Below the pieces are notes generated by a model. It was not told the origin of the DNA and did no database searches. It saw only the letters and a list, made by a program, of their open reading frames with translations. This document shows, in pieces, positions 50,583 to 64,000 of a DNA stretch of 64,000 nucleotides. Positions within the stretch are counted from its first letter, which is position 1. Every line of letters starts with the position of its first letter. The DNA comes from Lytechinus pictus. Taxonomy: Eukaryota. The translations under genes were made by a program, and so were the position numbers. The DNA lies in NCBI RefSeq assembly GCF_037042905.1, contig NC_087252.1, forward strand, positions 15,130,001-15,194,000, written 5' to 3'.

Positions 50583-53500
50583 ATAATGGGCAATATAAAA
50601 GGTATTATGTGAGGATACTTTTGCACTTTCCCATTTTTTTAAAGTTTTTTTTGGTAAATATTCAATAAAATAATATTGATAATGAATATTAATCTTATAT
50701 ATGCATTTTGATTTTGTATTATTCATAAAGGCTAAGTCTACCCCAAGGAAGAAAGTAGAACAATTTTGTCCATATAAAAAAGTGAGGAGAAAGTTCCACA
50801 ATCTCCGCCGCCAAAGCTTTCTGCGACGCAAACAAGAAATTGTGTTAAGAAATTTGTATTAAAACTTCAAGGGAAGTTCACTTGGTTTTAATAAAAGCAG
50901 AAAAAGTAGAAGTAACTCGGTCTGCGGAGGCTTACAGTTCACCATGTGGTTTAGTCTGGGAAGGACTGTTTGAGGGTAGAGGGATAGAGATGGAAATTGA
51001 AAGATGAGGGTGAGAAGTATCTTGTGTGATATAAGATGAAGTCCTAAAAAGGACTGTAAAGCAGATGAGGTTTAAGGTACAAAGCTGAAGAGTAGACGAG
51101 TTGAGAAGTCCTAACAATGCTGAGAAGGTGAGCAGTCCCGGGGCCCGTTTCATAAAAGGACTTGCAACTGCTGTAACTTTGCCGTAATGGCAACTACCAG
51201 TGGATTAGTCTCCGGACTTTGAAACAGGGTCGTTGGTTCGAATCCCAGCCATGGCGTAATTTCCTTCACCAAGAAATTTATCCACATTATGCTGCACTCA
51301 TCCCAGGTGAGGTGAATGGCTACCTGGCAGGAATTTATTCCTTGAAATGTGTGTGGGCTGTAATCTTAGTAATTACGGCTGCCAAGCTACAGCTGGGGCA
51401 ATAATATCCAAGTCCTTTGGAAGCGCATAGAGACATTATTCATAATTGTGATATGTGCTAAACAAGAACTGTGTATTATTATTACCATGACAACGGGGCT
51501 CAGCAGCCAATCAAAATTAAGGTTTCCATGGTAGTTGCCATTATGGCAAAGTCCTTTATGAAACAGGGGGGCCCCTGGTACTGATTCAGAGCAATGAGTG
51601 TATTGTTAGCAGTAGAGAGTAGATGCGATGAGGACTCTCAATGTTCTGGGCAGCTTAAAGGTCAAGTCCACCTCAAAAAAATATTGATTTGAATCAACAT
51701 GGAAAAATCAGACAAGCATAATGCTGAAAATATCATAAAAAATCGGATGTAAAATAAGTTATATTTTAAAGTTTCGGTTATTTTTCACAAAATAGTTATA
51801 TAATAGATGCACAATTTAGTCACATGCAAAGTTAAAAAAGTTTATGAGAATGATCCATATCTATGAGTGACCAATTTGACTGTTGATGCTGTGACCCCTA
51901 ACTCTGATTAGGGTTCCGTAGCATAAAGCTTATTGTGGGGCTCATTTCTACGACTGATTGCATTGACTACAATGTACAATCAAGCGTACAATCAATCGCT
52001 AACCTTTGTGTTACCAGAACCAGACCATCATCAATGCATGAATTAGAAGTTGAAATTAGAAATCAAATAATACTTCATATTGTGGGAATCAATGAACCAT
52101 TTCCACCCATATAACTTGAGCCAAAGAAGAACAGATGAAACTCACATATAAATACAGTACAAGAACAATCCTTTAATAGGGATAGATAACAAACATACAT
52201 TCAAATGTAACAAAAAACCCATACATGTACATAATATCCAAACAATAATTGGTCATTCACTGTATTCACAACTGAATTCTGTAACTTGAGGTCACAATCA
52301 AATTCTTCAAGTATTATAGAGTGAAGTCGACATACATGTACAGCCAATCCACAAATGTGGACATTACCATTACCAGCATGTGCAATTTCCTGTAAACAAA
52401 AGTGACATCAGAAATGTAAGAAAGTACAAATTACATGTATATTTCATGCCAGAAATCCTGATACTTTGTAATCTTACCATTTTCAAGATGCAATGATTTG
52501 AATTAGATTGATGATTAGTCGAACCATTTTATTATTCCATAACCATTTTATTCTTACATTATTGAAGTTACCTAACAATTCTACGTTCATTTCTTAATTT
52601 GCACTTTAATATGACATATCCTATGAGGTATTACACAGTATATTTCCTTGTAAAAAAACCCATGTCCCCTACACCCCCCCAGTCCATCCACCCCCCCCCC
52701 CTTACAGTAAATAATATCATCGTTGATTATATGTTTACATTGTCGAGGCTTCATCATCAATTAAGTATTGTTTTCTGTATTTTCCCATAGGCTTTGAACA
52801 GAAGCGCCATAGTCTGCTGTGCAAACCCTTCACTCAAGCTAACGGGCCTCGATGCCCAGCCTACAGAAATTGAAACAGCGAGTTTCATATGTGCTAGTCT
52901 TGTGCGAAGACCCACTTGTTGATCAAAGTTTCAATCAGGGTCTGTGTGCCTGCAGACTACAAACACCCTATTCCAGTTAACAACATGTTAACTTCCCTGC
53001 AGCCAGAACAGGTCCCTGTAACATGAAGCAGAGTGATGGATCGTGGAACTAATTTTTACGATGGATTATACACAACAATCGATGAATCAGACATAGAAAT
53101 TAGCCCCACGATCAATCGCTAATAATTATGTTACTAGGGGAGTGTTTCATGAACGGACGTTAATCTGACAAGTCTTATTTTATCCGACAGTTACCACAGG
53201 AACTGTGCTTCTCAGCCAATCAAAATCAAGGAAAGTTGTCAGATCTGACGACTTGTCAGACAAAATTTGAAACGCTCCCAAGGTGGATATATCATAAAGC
53301 TGTTTATAAGTTATGAATGATTTTACGAACGACTTGTGACCCTTTCTCGTGCTTAATTATACATCTCCATCATGCCTACGTAGCTGACTTAGCACCTAAG
53401 AAAATATTCCAGTCATAAGGTCATGTGTATCTGTACGAACAGCTTTATGAAACACCCGCAAGGGCCCCGTCTTACAAAGAGTTGCGATTGATCCGATCGA

Positions 53501-53833
53501 CCTCAACTACGGAAGGCCAGCAATGTCACCATATAAAATGCATGTTTGTTAAAAAAAAATCTAGATATGATGTATATTCATACATTCATCATTTTCTTGA
53601 AGATCCAGTGTGATTCTCTTTGTTTACTGAGGATATTGAGCTCATTTCCTGTTGAAAAAAATGTATGGATGGATTTCCATACAGTTGAGATTGATTGGAT
53701 CAATCGTAACTCTTTGTAAGACAGGGCCCTGGCATACCTTCCCATTGCTTTACACAAACCATAACACTCGGTATCTAGCCTATCAATGCTTTTCTTGTAA
53801 ATATACAATCAAAGAATATCTTAGATTAACTAA

Positions 53834-53969
53834 TTATTTAGTATAATGATTTGCTGTTCCTTGTAGTCCCACGTAGAGCTGTAATGCTACAAAACCAACA
53901 CTGAATGTAAAGAGTGACTTCGCAACGAGGAGGGTCCACGAGCCAAGCCCCGCAGCATGGATCAAAATT
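53834..53969 (-). CDS. TMEM147: TMEM147 last exon (ILIHAAGLGSWTLLVAK...LQLYVGLQGTANHYTK-stop)
   Basis: CAG acceptor, phase 2; LGSW and LY motifs as in the TMEM147 C-terminus. Confidence 0.88.
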
Positions 53970-54251
53970 CTGTATGGGAAAAACAAGAGAGAAATAATTG
54001 TAATTAAGATAAGTAAAATTTGTTGGGGAAATCATATAAAGATCTTTAACTGAATAAAGAATCTTACGTGCAGGGAACAATTATTAATCAGAAAAAAAAT
54101 AGTAAAGAGATACCAGGACAAGTAGTGTTTATATGTGTAAAGGAGCCATTCCTCTATCAAGACCTGAAACCCCAATCCATCCCAATCATTAGATCAGCGG
54201 AGAGTGGGAACGGAATCGGCTAAAATCGGGGGCAGCGTAATTACAACATTG

Positions 54252-55485
54252 CAGAGCTTCCAAGTCTCCCGGATCCTGCGGGAGAATACTGGATTGCGAT
54301 CCAATCTCCCGTTCTCCCGACCCCATGCCAAAATCTCCCGGATAATCAGGATTTTTAGCTGTTAAATTGTAAAATTTATACAAACGACTGTTTAACGAGT
54401 CTAGCATGTTCAACTCCCTAACACCCACGTGGAACCTCCTTATCACATTTTCATTTTACCCAGTAACTTCTACCAGTTTTTGTATAATCGTACATTGATT
54501 TCCCATGTAAATTAAGATAATTTTACTAAACGACTGGTGAAGTAGTCTAACAAGCCATTTTATTTCTGGGTTCTGCAATGTGTGTGATGAAAACTCTTCA
54601 GCGGTACTCCATGCACATGGCCCCCGATGCGCCCCGGCGCGGCTCCAGCCGGCCGCGCTGCGCCAGGAAGCTCCGAGAAGGAAAGTTCACGAGCACTGCG
54701 AGGCATTTTTCGTAAGCTTGCTTGCGCCTTATTCGAGCTGAAACTGTAAATCAACGATGGGATTAACAAGTGGATTACTTTTACACCTCGACTTTCAGTT
54801 TCAGGAATAATTTTATTGACAATCCTGAAGAATTAGAAGCAAAGTGGAGATTTTTTCGCCTACTTTCACTTGGGTTGATCGGATTCGAACATTTTCTCTT
54901 TCGTGAGTGAGCTAGCCTGGCGCTGGCTGGCTGAGCTGTGCGAAGCAAGCCCCGTCCCGATTCATCCACACTACAATCGCATCGCCAGTGACCATGGAGA
55001 TCATGGAGATGGAGTCATCCAAGACCAAGACAACAAAATACTTGTCGAAGTATAAAGATACTTTTCAAGCAGAATGGGACTGTGTGACAATTTTCACAGG
55101 AATCCCTCAGAGACTTTAAACAGTCCACATATAAAGCTCATTTACCATGTTTACCACTACTGTAGCCCCGGCCTTCCCCCTCTGGCCAATTATAGGTATT
55201 TTCATGTTGAATGCATTCTTTTATGAATTATTTAAAAAATCTACTGTATTGCCTGAAGTGTATATTTTAGTCAATGACAATTCATGAATTCTCTCTAATG
55301 TGCATTTAATCTATGCGAATTTTTTTTTATGGTTTAGACAGCTGTCGGTTACTATCAAATGTTGTTTCTTAATGTGTTTTGCTACCCAAAACTCCCATCC
55401 GTGGGACAACGTTCCGCCGCTCCCTCACAAAATCATACCTCCACGAAATCTACTGGATTCTATCATCCCAATGTTGGCAGCTCTG
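54252..55485. mobile_element. Non-autonomous DNA transposon (CAG termini, 6-bp TSD)
   Basis: TIR CAGAGCTTCCAA / TTGGCAGCTCTG; ACATTG at 54246-54251 and 55486-55491. Confidence 0.75.
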
Positions 55486-55743
55486 ACATTGTGACAACGG
55501 GGTAACAGCAGGCCAAATATTCAGATCGGCTAAAAATTTTGAACATGTCACTTACTGCTCAGTTTTTTTTGGGGGGTTCCCCCTTTTTTTTTCATGATTT
55601 TCACTGTATTTTTCATGATTCATGTTTTTAGGGGTGGGGGCTGAAAAAATGTGTTTTAAGTGAATTTCTTTTTTTTTCTGCTTCTGTATTGCAGAAAACT
55701 GGGGTTTCTAGGATAGGGTTCCTCTGTCCTTAGCAATACTTAC

Positions 55744-55865
55744 TCAATAACGAGAGGCTTGTAGGAACTTAGGGCCAGTAACGTCACTACAATCGGCTGT
55801 ACAGACTTGTTTAAATCATGCCGACTCCAAAGCCATACTAAAGCGGCTGTCGATATGTGCTGCAC
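55744..55865 (-). CDS. TMEM147: TMEM147 exon 5 (VQHISTAALVWLWSRHDL...YKPLVIE)
   Basis: CAG acceptor, GTAAGT donor, phase 0/2. Confidence 0.9.
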
Positions 55866-56725
55866 CTGTTTGGGCACAATCAGAATTCTGAAAGTCAAAC
55901 TCTTATAAAATCATTTAGTTTCTCAAAAAAGCTTTCATCAATATAGAGGGGGATTTTGTGCAGGAATTTGAGAAACCACCAAAAAAATGAAACCAGTTTA
56001 ATAACTGAGTATTCATGTATATGTTTATAGCAGAGTTTATACAAGTATTCTTGACATTGTTGAGAACGCTTTAAAGCAGATATGAACCAATAGCGCCATC
56101 CCGAGTCCTCAACTACTCATACCTAGCCAGTTTCCTGACCCATAATGCTAGTGTAGTCTAGTAATATAGACCCACTTGAATGATAACATGCTAATTAACT
56201 ACTCAATACATTTATACCGCAATAATTATGTTACCAAGTAGCAAAACAATTACTTTTCCTTTCAAAACATTTTAGTTTCTCTAAACAAATACAATTATAT
56301 GTCAATTTAATCTCTGTAGTAATAGTAGATATCTGAAAACGTATATTTTAAGACTATGTATTTATAACACACAGTCAATGAGAGACCACATACAGTTCAC
56401 TCCCTCTTTAAGACACGTCTGGTCATGATGAGCTTCAGATATGGTAGCAGGCAAAACATAAATATTTCAGTTTTCAAGGCTACTGCATGAATCTGCAACA
56501 ATGGATAAACTTTAACATATGTCAGTGAAACTGGATTTTCTAGGGCTCTTTTTAAACATTATTTTCCAGGGTTCTTTTGAGTATTTCGGGGGGCAAAATC
56601 GCCCCCAGCCCCTGTGCAATTTTCCCTGTATAATAGGAATAGACTTCGTCTTTTCTTCGACAGGTTATACATGTAAATTTAGTAAATGCTTCTGAACTGT
56701 TTCTTGCAATGCCCATCAGTCTTAC

Positions 56726-56947
56726 CAGATTGACATTAGATTCCAGGCTGAGTTGTATATACTTCCAGTCAAACTCGGTTCCCCTAGCTCCGACCCACAT
56801 AGGAACGACCCTCGTCATGATAAGCTCCGCAGTGGCCCATCCAACTCCCGCTACCAAGAACTTCAGCTCTCCCTTCGCCGAGATGCTGTTCAGGATGAAG
56901 TAGAACCCTATCAGGTCCCCAAGGTCAACCGTTGATTTCATAAATTC
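56726..56947 (-). CDS. TMEM147: TMEM147 exon 4 ([14 protein letters not shown]...[26 protein letters not shown])
   Basis: CAG acceptor, GTAAGA donor; highly conserved TMEM147 core. Confidence 0.95.
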
Positions 56948-57668
56948 CTGTAACAAATAAATGATAAGATTAATAATCCTCACTATACTTGATATCATCG
57001 GCATCCGTTTGTCTTGAGAGACGCAGCGTAGTGATAAAGTGGCTGTAGAGCTCCACTCACAAGCTAGTCTGCTGGCACAGACCCTTGGTTTTTGCAATTT
57101 GCATAGTGCATAATGCAGAGTCTGAAGTAGTGAGACTAGATGCACTATGTACTGTGGCTGGCTTATTTGACACAGACAGAGCCTTTGGCGTCTAGTCTTC
57201 ACTCTAGCCCTGTTTTGGTTAAAGTGACAAATATGAGTCTGTGCTTGAAGACTACTCATGAGTGGCAATGAGTGATTTCAAGTCCGGTGTTGGCCTTGGT
57301 GTTGGTGTTGAAATTTGGATTGCTTCCCTTAGCTCCAAAACTTATTACGAGTTTGTAAAACTGATCCAGATCACATTATTGACATCTCAACAACTAGTGA
57401 GTGACTTTTCGGGACCATCTTCATTTTATGTTTGGTGTTATAATCATGTAAAAATTGACCTAACACCAACACCAAAAGGTCAACACTGAACTTGAAATCA
57501 CCCAATCTCCTATAGAAATTTGTACATCATGTACAGATGTAGAAGGTTGGTGCTATTAGTTGCTGCCCTTGCCTTCCTCCAAGCTCCCTTGTTGGAAAGT
57601 TGAACATTTCATGTGGCTTCTGTTCTCTTAACAGCTATGTTTGCAGTTCATAACTATCAACTATATCA

Positions 57669-57942
57669 TAATAATAATAATATAGGGTATTTATATTGCG
57701 CACATATCCACCTTGTTAGGTGCTCAAGGCGCTCCTATATTACCCGGCTAAGCTAGGCGTTCATAGCGCACACAGCTTTTTAAGGAATTACTTCCTACCG
57801 GTACCCATTTACCTCACCTGGGTTGAGTGCAGCACAGTGTGGATCAGTTTCTTGCTGAAGGAAATTACGCCATGGCTGGGATTCGAACCCACGACCCTCT
57901 GTTTCAAAGTCCGAAGACTAATCCACTGGGCCACAGCGCTCC
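57669..57942 (-). mobile_element. tRNA-derived SINE, well preserved
   Basis: A-box TGGCCCAGTGG, B-box GGTTCGAATCC, (ATT)n tail. Confidence 0.85.
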
Positions 57943-59061
57943 ACATAATTGGAAGCCTAGCTTAGCCGGGGTAATATGGGAGTACTTTGAACACCTAAAT
58001 AAGGTGAATATGTGTGCTATATAAATACCCTGTTTAATTTTATCATCATAATTATCTTCCCAAGTGTTCAGGTCAATGCCCTACTTCCTGATATATCGCC
58101 TAATGATTGTATTATTCCTTTTATTATCTGATGCTCATGTCAGAACAACGTCTCTATATATGTTTTACAGATTATTAAGCCATTCATTTGCGTCTGGCTT
58201 GCTCAATCTCTATTCCCTGAGGAGCACTCCAGCAAATAAGTTGCTTAAATTGCAAAGCCAATGACAATATGACATCAATGTTCCCATCTTACCAGGAACC
58301 CACTTACCACCAAGTGATGGGTGGCCAAGTGTGAATTGACACCTTGCTAAATCAAAATAATGCTAATGCCTCGGAGGGTTTTGAACACACAAACCACTGA
58401 TTACAAAGAGAATCAGAACCACTATACCATGACATTTTATCATGAGTCTCTCTGCACTCTACAATAATTAAGCAGCATATTTCGGCTGGCTCAAGCAGAG
58501 CAGCCATTTCATGCTCTGCATTTCAAGGAATCAATTCTTCCCAGGTTTTCTTTTACCTCATTTTACTTCTTTTAGGTACCTGAATCATGCTACAACTGAC
58601 ATTTAGCTTAACTACCGGTACTCATTTTGTAAAAATATTTTGTATTTTCTAGTTCTATCCTAGCAGCAGTACAATCCTTTACAGTCAGTGGGGCATCCGC
58701 TTTCATGCTGAATTTGACACCATTTGGATATAAATCAGACATAGTAAAACCATGGTACATCCAAATTTATAACTAGCAGACGTTACATAATGCCAATGGA
58801 AAAAGTCTTATTGTAATGTCATTGTCTCACTTTCCGCGGCCTGACACTGTTACCCGAAACTATTATCATAGATGAGGCTTGGTCGAGTATTTCTCACTGG
58901 TACACCAAGTTTGCTTTCCCCACAAAATGTCTCTGTTACAGACATTTCCAATGCTTTGTACAAAATCAGGGGTCAGCAAATAATAATACAATCCCCATAA
59001 ATGCTCACACCCCACTGACTTTTAATGAATAAAATCCCTAAAAACTTGATGATTATCTTAC

Positions 59062-59127
59062 CCCCATGATGTCTAAATGGTTGACTCCACCTTCTGACGT
59101 AGGGAAGAATGTTGCTAAGATCATCAT
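59062..59127 (-). CDS. TMEM147: TMEM147 exon 3 (MMILATFFPTSEGGVNHLDIMG)
   Basis: TAG acceptor, GTAAGA donor; LATFFP motif. Confidence 0.92.
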
Positions 59128-59597
59128 CTATAGTATAAAAGGAAAAGGAGGTCAGTAAATTACTGTGCAAATTGATGTGTAAAAGGCACATTTTCTCCCC
59201 TCTCTTAATGCAAAGTTGTGGATGAAGTTTATATTTATTCAATTAAATTTTGTCCTCCAAGAATACAATAAAAAAATGGATTGGGAAATGATTAAGTCAG
59301 ATAATCATTGATGCAACTTATTGCATTATAATTGAGACATCATAAAAACAGGTATGAAAACATGAAATAATTATGATTTCATGTAAAAAAAAAAAAAACC
59401 GAAAAAGGAGAGGGGGGACATGATATCATCAGTCTATCTAATGCATATTCATGAGGATTTGCAACTGTTTCCACAAGATTAGTCACTGACTTTTTATTCT
59501 TTATCAGACTTGAACCAAATGTCCAGTATTTTGCTCAGTGACTCAGCTCTATATATTTTACTTAGATATGATTATTTCCAGCCCAGAGTGAACCTCT

Positions 59598-60130
59598 AAA
59601 GGGGAGTGAAACCTTTGGAGCAAGTGGGCTTGTGTGGAAACAGAAACATCAGAGAATAATATCAAAGAAAGTTTGAGAAAAATCTGCCAAATAATGAGAA
59701 ATTTATGACAATTTGAATACTGCAATCACTAATGCCATGGAGATCCTCCCATTGGCAATGCGACAAAGATGTGTGATGTCACATGTGAACAACTTTCCCT
59801 TTGATGGACTATAAAATATCCAAAAAATGTCTATAGAAAGAATACATGATCTACTGATAGAAAGAACACATGATCTACTGATAGATGTGATAAAAGAGGC
59901 AGATTAAGTGAAATATATACAAAATGGGAGAGTTGTTCACAAGTTGCATCCCACACCTTTGTCGCATTGCCAATTGGAGGATCTCCATAGCATTAGTGAT
60001 CGAAATATTCAAATGCTCGTAACTCTCATTAATTGTGCAATTTTTCTCAAACTTTTGTTGAATGATACGTTTCTTTGATTTATGTTTTCATACAAGATAT
60101 CTTGTTTCGAAAGTTTCTTTTTCCTGTAAC
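59598..60130. mobile_element. Palindromic Kolobok-like MITE (degenerate)
   Basis: Inverted arms (ATCACTAATGCCATGGAGATCCTCC / GGAGGATCTCCATAGCATTAGTGAT) with TAAAGGGG...CCTGTAA ends. Confidence 0.5.
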
Positions 60131-60359
60131 TTTGAAGAGTTTCGGCTCTCATGTATTCACTATATCTTCAAATCGTGAGTTGCTGTCTGTCAGTGTTTAC
60201 TTTGGGGGATAAATAAGTATTTGAAAGATTCTCCATGGGAAATGTAGCATCATTATTAATATTGTAATTTGATCTTGATTTCATCACCCAAACCTTTTTT
60301 ACGAAGCATTTTATACAATAAAGTACCAGTACATTATTTTCACTATGAATGACTTATAC

Positions 60360-60429
60360 CTTGCATAGCTGAGTGAAGAGGTACGCTGTCCCCGCTTGAA
60401 CACATTTCCAGAATGCACTGTATTCTGAC
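60360..60429 (-). CDS. TMEM147: TMEM147 exon 2 ([23 protein letters not shown]); exon 1 not found in the window
   Basis: CAG acceptor, GTATAA donor; matches [21 protein letters not shown]. Confidence 0.92.
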
Positions 60430-61496
60430 CTGAAATACAATATTAAAAAATTAAGATAGAAATCAAATAATAACTGGATTCAATTTAAAAAAGCGCTTTG
60501 AGGATACAAAGTGCAACTATTTACCCCAGCTACATGTACGTTGAGCAGCGCTCAGTGCATTTACATGTAAATCCTGCCAGATACCCATTCACCTCACCTG
60601 GGTCTGGTGCAGCAGTGTGTGGATACAATTTTTTTGCTGAATGAATACACATATCATATGGGTAGCTTTTGTTGTAAAGCTTCCTATCAAACATGATATC
60701 TGAACTTCAACTTCAACTGAGACTAGGCGATGATACAACTGCCTGTAAAAACTGAGCAATTTTTGTTTACACACATCCTAGAAAATTGTCTGTTTACCAT
60801 ATTTTCTGGGTGTGTTTAACATTGAATGATGAAATAAGATGAAATTAGAAAGAAAACAATTAAACAAAAATAAAATTGTTTCTCAGTGGTCATTCCCTAG
60901 AATTTTATATTTTATGATATCACGAATCTCACCTTGATGCTAAATCCCGCTTCATCTGGCACGCGGAATATTCAGCATCAAGGTGAGATTCATGATATTT
61001 ATTGGCAAATGCACACATTTTTTATCTAGCACCGATCATAATGTTGCCGCCCTCAACACGTGTCTGGCAGCTAGGCTACAATAACAAAGAAGACAAGATG
61101 GCTACATTAACATCTGTGAGTAAAATGCTTATCTTCTCACAAAGTTTTTATAAATTTCATGTGTAATTTTATGTTAAACTATAAAAATGTTGGCCATAAG
61201 GGTTAAAAGAATATTGTAGCCCATTTACATTAAAGTTTGGGCAAAAAAAAAGAAATAAAAGTTGTGATTATGAGGAGCTTTAAATCGTGCCTCGTGGCAA
61301 AAATGATGGTGCGTGTACTGTAATGGCATGCCGTCCCTGGCTCAGTGGAGATTAACCTACGTAGTAAATGAAATAATCTCCAGGAGCCTCCTGGCTAGTC
61401 GGGACAACTCGGCATCGTTTTGGAGGCATGGCCAAAATGTCTGTTTCCTAAATTGCCATTGGCATTGGCCGCCATTGTCTTGACCTCACGTACACG

Positions 61497-63600
61497 CAGG
61501 GTGACCAGATTTCACAAAATCAAATACGGGACAATCGACAAGGCACGAGCGATCGACCGAGCAAGGTCTTTAAAAAAATCAACAAAGACGGCTACACAAC
61601 GTTAGACTTGTCAAAAAATTATAAAGAAAAGGAAGGACAGGTGAGCGAAAGAATGAAGGAGAGAAAGAAAAATGAAAGAAAAGAGATGAAGTGTGAGGAA
61701 AGAAAAAAAAATGAAGGGGAAAATGAAGGAAAAAAGAAAAAAAGTTAGAATAAAACAGGCCTCTACAAAAAAAAAATTCATCAAAATTTGCTTGCCCGAT
61801 AGAAAAAACTGCTTGCCCGATTTTTTTTCAAAAATTCTTTTGCTCTTAATTATTCTTTTCTGTCCTGGCTGAACTTGATTTACTGGCGCTGCCCTTGGCA
61901 TTTCTTTTTCTTGACTCTTGTTCAAGTTGTTCTGATGGCCGCCGATCACGACGACAAAAGTCGCCTAATTTAGTCTGACGACTCATTGTTTATTTGGTTT
62001 GAAGTTGAAGCCGAGTCCTGGCCAGGGTGACCAGATTTCACAAAATGAAATACGGGACAATCGACAAAAAAAAAAGATCAAGAAAGAAGGCTGCACAGTG
62101 TTAGACTTGTGAAAAAAGTACAGAATTGGAATTGGAAGGGAGGGTGAACGAAAGAATGAAGGAGAGAAAGAAAACAGATGAATTGAGAAGAAAGAAAGAA
62201 AAAATGAAGGGGAAAATGAAGGAAATAATAAAAATATAAGAAAGTTCTAATAAAAGAAGGATGAGAGAATAAAAATAGATAAAAAGGTTTGTCATTCTTT
62301 GAATTGAATATAGAAAGAAAAAAAAAGAAAAGGGAAGATGAATAAATGTGTGAAAGTCAAAACAAAGAAGAGAAAGACAAAAAGAAAGTAAGAAAAAAGG
62401 AGGAGGAAAGAAAGAATGAAAATTTTCCTTCATTCTTGGAAAGAAAGAAGAAAACAGGAAGGAAGGAAGAAAGGGAAAGAAAGTATAAGGGAAAAGAATA
62501 AGGACAAAATGAAATAAATAATGAAAGAAAGAAAGGAGGAAAGAGAGGGAGGAAAGAATGAAGGGAGGCCAGAATGAAAAAAAAAGAAAATAATGGAAGG
62601 AGAGATAGAACGAAAATAAAAACGAGTGGAAGAGAGAAGGAATGAAGGAAATAAAAAAAGGAAATGTAATAAAGAAGGCAAGTAAGAGAAAGAAGAAAAG
62701 AAAGAAAATGAACAGAGAGAGAGAGAGAGAAATGATCAGGAAATAAAAATAGATATGTAACAAAAAAGGGCAAGAAGGAAAGATAGAAGGATAGAAAAGA
62801 AAGAAATAGGAAAAAGTTCAAACTTCAAGCAAATAAAAAACAATCCAATCATATAACAAAATTCCTAATGATATTTGGTGTTTCTTTTATATATTTTTGA
62901 AAAAAAAATAAAATAAAATGTTTTAGAAATGAATAAAATACAGGACGTCTGGTCCTGGCCGAGTCAGTCCGAAGCTTGCATGCATTCAGCGCGATCTAGC
63001 TCGAGACTCGGCTGGCTCGATCGCTCGTGTACGTCCGTACATGCGCTCAGAGGGCGACGCGAGAGAGGGGTTTCCCCAGCTAGCTCCTTCGTCGATTGGT
63101 AGCGCATGCGCACATTGTAGTTTAGAAAGTAAAGATGGCAGCCTCCATCGAACGGGACCGCTGGCGATAAATTGTCGCCTTTTGTCGGTAAATTGGCGCT
63201 GATTTGACATGTTTCCACTGTTTTTTTACTGGTATGACATTGTATGAGAGATAATTGCAATTTATCAAAAAATCATTAAGCTTTACTGTCAATTTATCTT
63301 GTTCATTTTCAAAACAACCACTTGCCCGATCGGGCAATTGACTTTGAGAAATGCTTGCCCGCACGTCATTTTCACTTGCCCCGGGCAAGCGGGTTTGTCA
63401 TGCCCTGTAAAAGAAGGATAAAAGGAAGAAAGGTTTCCATCATTCTTTGAAATGAATAAAGAAAGGTGAGATTAATGAATGCATGAAAGAAAAAATAAAG
63501 GAGAGAAAGGAAAAAGAAAAGAGGAAGAAAGAAAGAACAAAGGAAAGAAAAACTTTTCCTTCATTCTTTGATTTTGAAAGAAACCAGGAAAGAAGAAATC
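61497..63600. mobile_element. Nested non-autonomous elements with purine-rich interiors
   Basis: CAGGGTGACCAGATTTCACAAAAT starts occur at 61497 and 62023; a CAGG...CCCTG element at 61756-63407 is flanked by TAAAA. Confidence 0.55.
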
Positions 63601-64000
63601 CCGCAATTTGCGTGCTGTCGCCAAGCGAAAGACAATGAAATCAAGATGGCGACGTAAACAAGGTGGCAAGTTTTTCCCCGTCTTTTCATAACATTTTTCT
63701 CTTTTTTTTAATGAATTCTTCTTTAAATTGAAGTCAATATGAATATCGTTCGTAGAAACATGAGAAATGTCGGAAATGAACTTGAAGTAGTATCCAATTC
63801 ATGGCCCATACTAAGATCTAGTATCTTTTAGTTTTAGAACCAGAAGGAAAGTAGAAATCTCGGGGGCGAAAGTTTCAGGTTTTTTGGCGGTGTTTGTAGA
63901 TGAATGCCAGCAATTCCTGGCTCCGTTGAGAGTACCGGTAAGCATACGTAAATACTAGTACTAGTAGGAGCCTCCTGGCTAAACGCACACGCTAGTGTGC

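Noticed and set aside
56552..57268. 238-aa single-exon ORF
   Set aside because: Only 56726-56947 matches TMEM147; the rest is intron read-through.
57860..57942. tRNA gene (also at about 20580, 47650, 48600 and 51210)
   Set aside because: A/B boxes continue into a shared SINE body and tail; no convincing cloverleaf.
61098..61121. Possible plus-strand micro first exon AAG ATG GCT ACA TTA ACA TCT|GTGAGT
   Set aside because: Only 6 codons and no downstream exon identifiable; cannot be distinguished from chance.
61611..63669. Phe/Leu/Ser-rich membrane-protein-like ORFs
   Set aside because: Reverse complement of low-complexity A/G-rich sequence.

Overview
Repeat-rich eukaryotic (animal) genomic DNA; the SINE, MITE and HINE families suggest a marine invertebrate, probably a sea urchin (inference). 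Three conserved intron-containing genes can be assembled by hand from splice sites. DCAF8 is on the minus strand with 8 coding exons visible, and its last exon lies beyond the left edge. PSMD9 is on the plus strand, complete, with 6 exons and 205 aa, head-to-head with DCAF8. TMEM147 is on the minus strand with exons 2-6 visible and exon 1 not found. The introns hold: a 4.9-kb DNA transposon with an unusual DDE/CxxH transposase ending in a Spindlin/Tudor-like domain; a young but defective Gypsy LTR element with a clear -1 frameshift signal; a 5'-truncated RNase H-containing LINE; an Academ-like non-autonomous element carrying an RTE remnant; a HINE-like tandem array; and many MITEs, SINEs and minisatellites. 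One minisatellite is an amplified copy of a DCAF8 exon/splice-donor junction, and the large transposon inserted into it.
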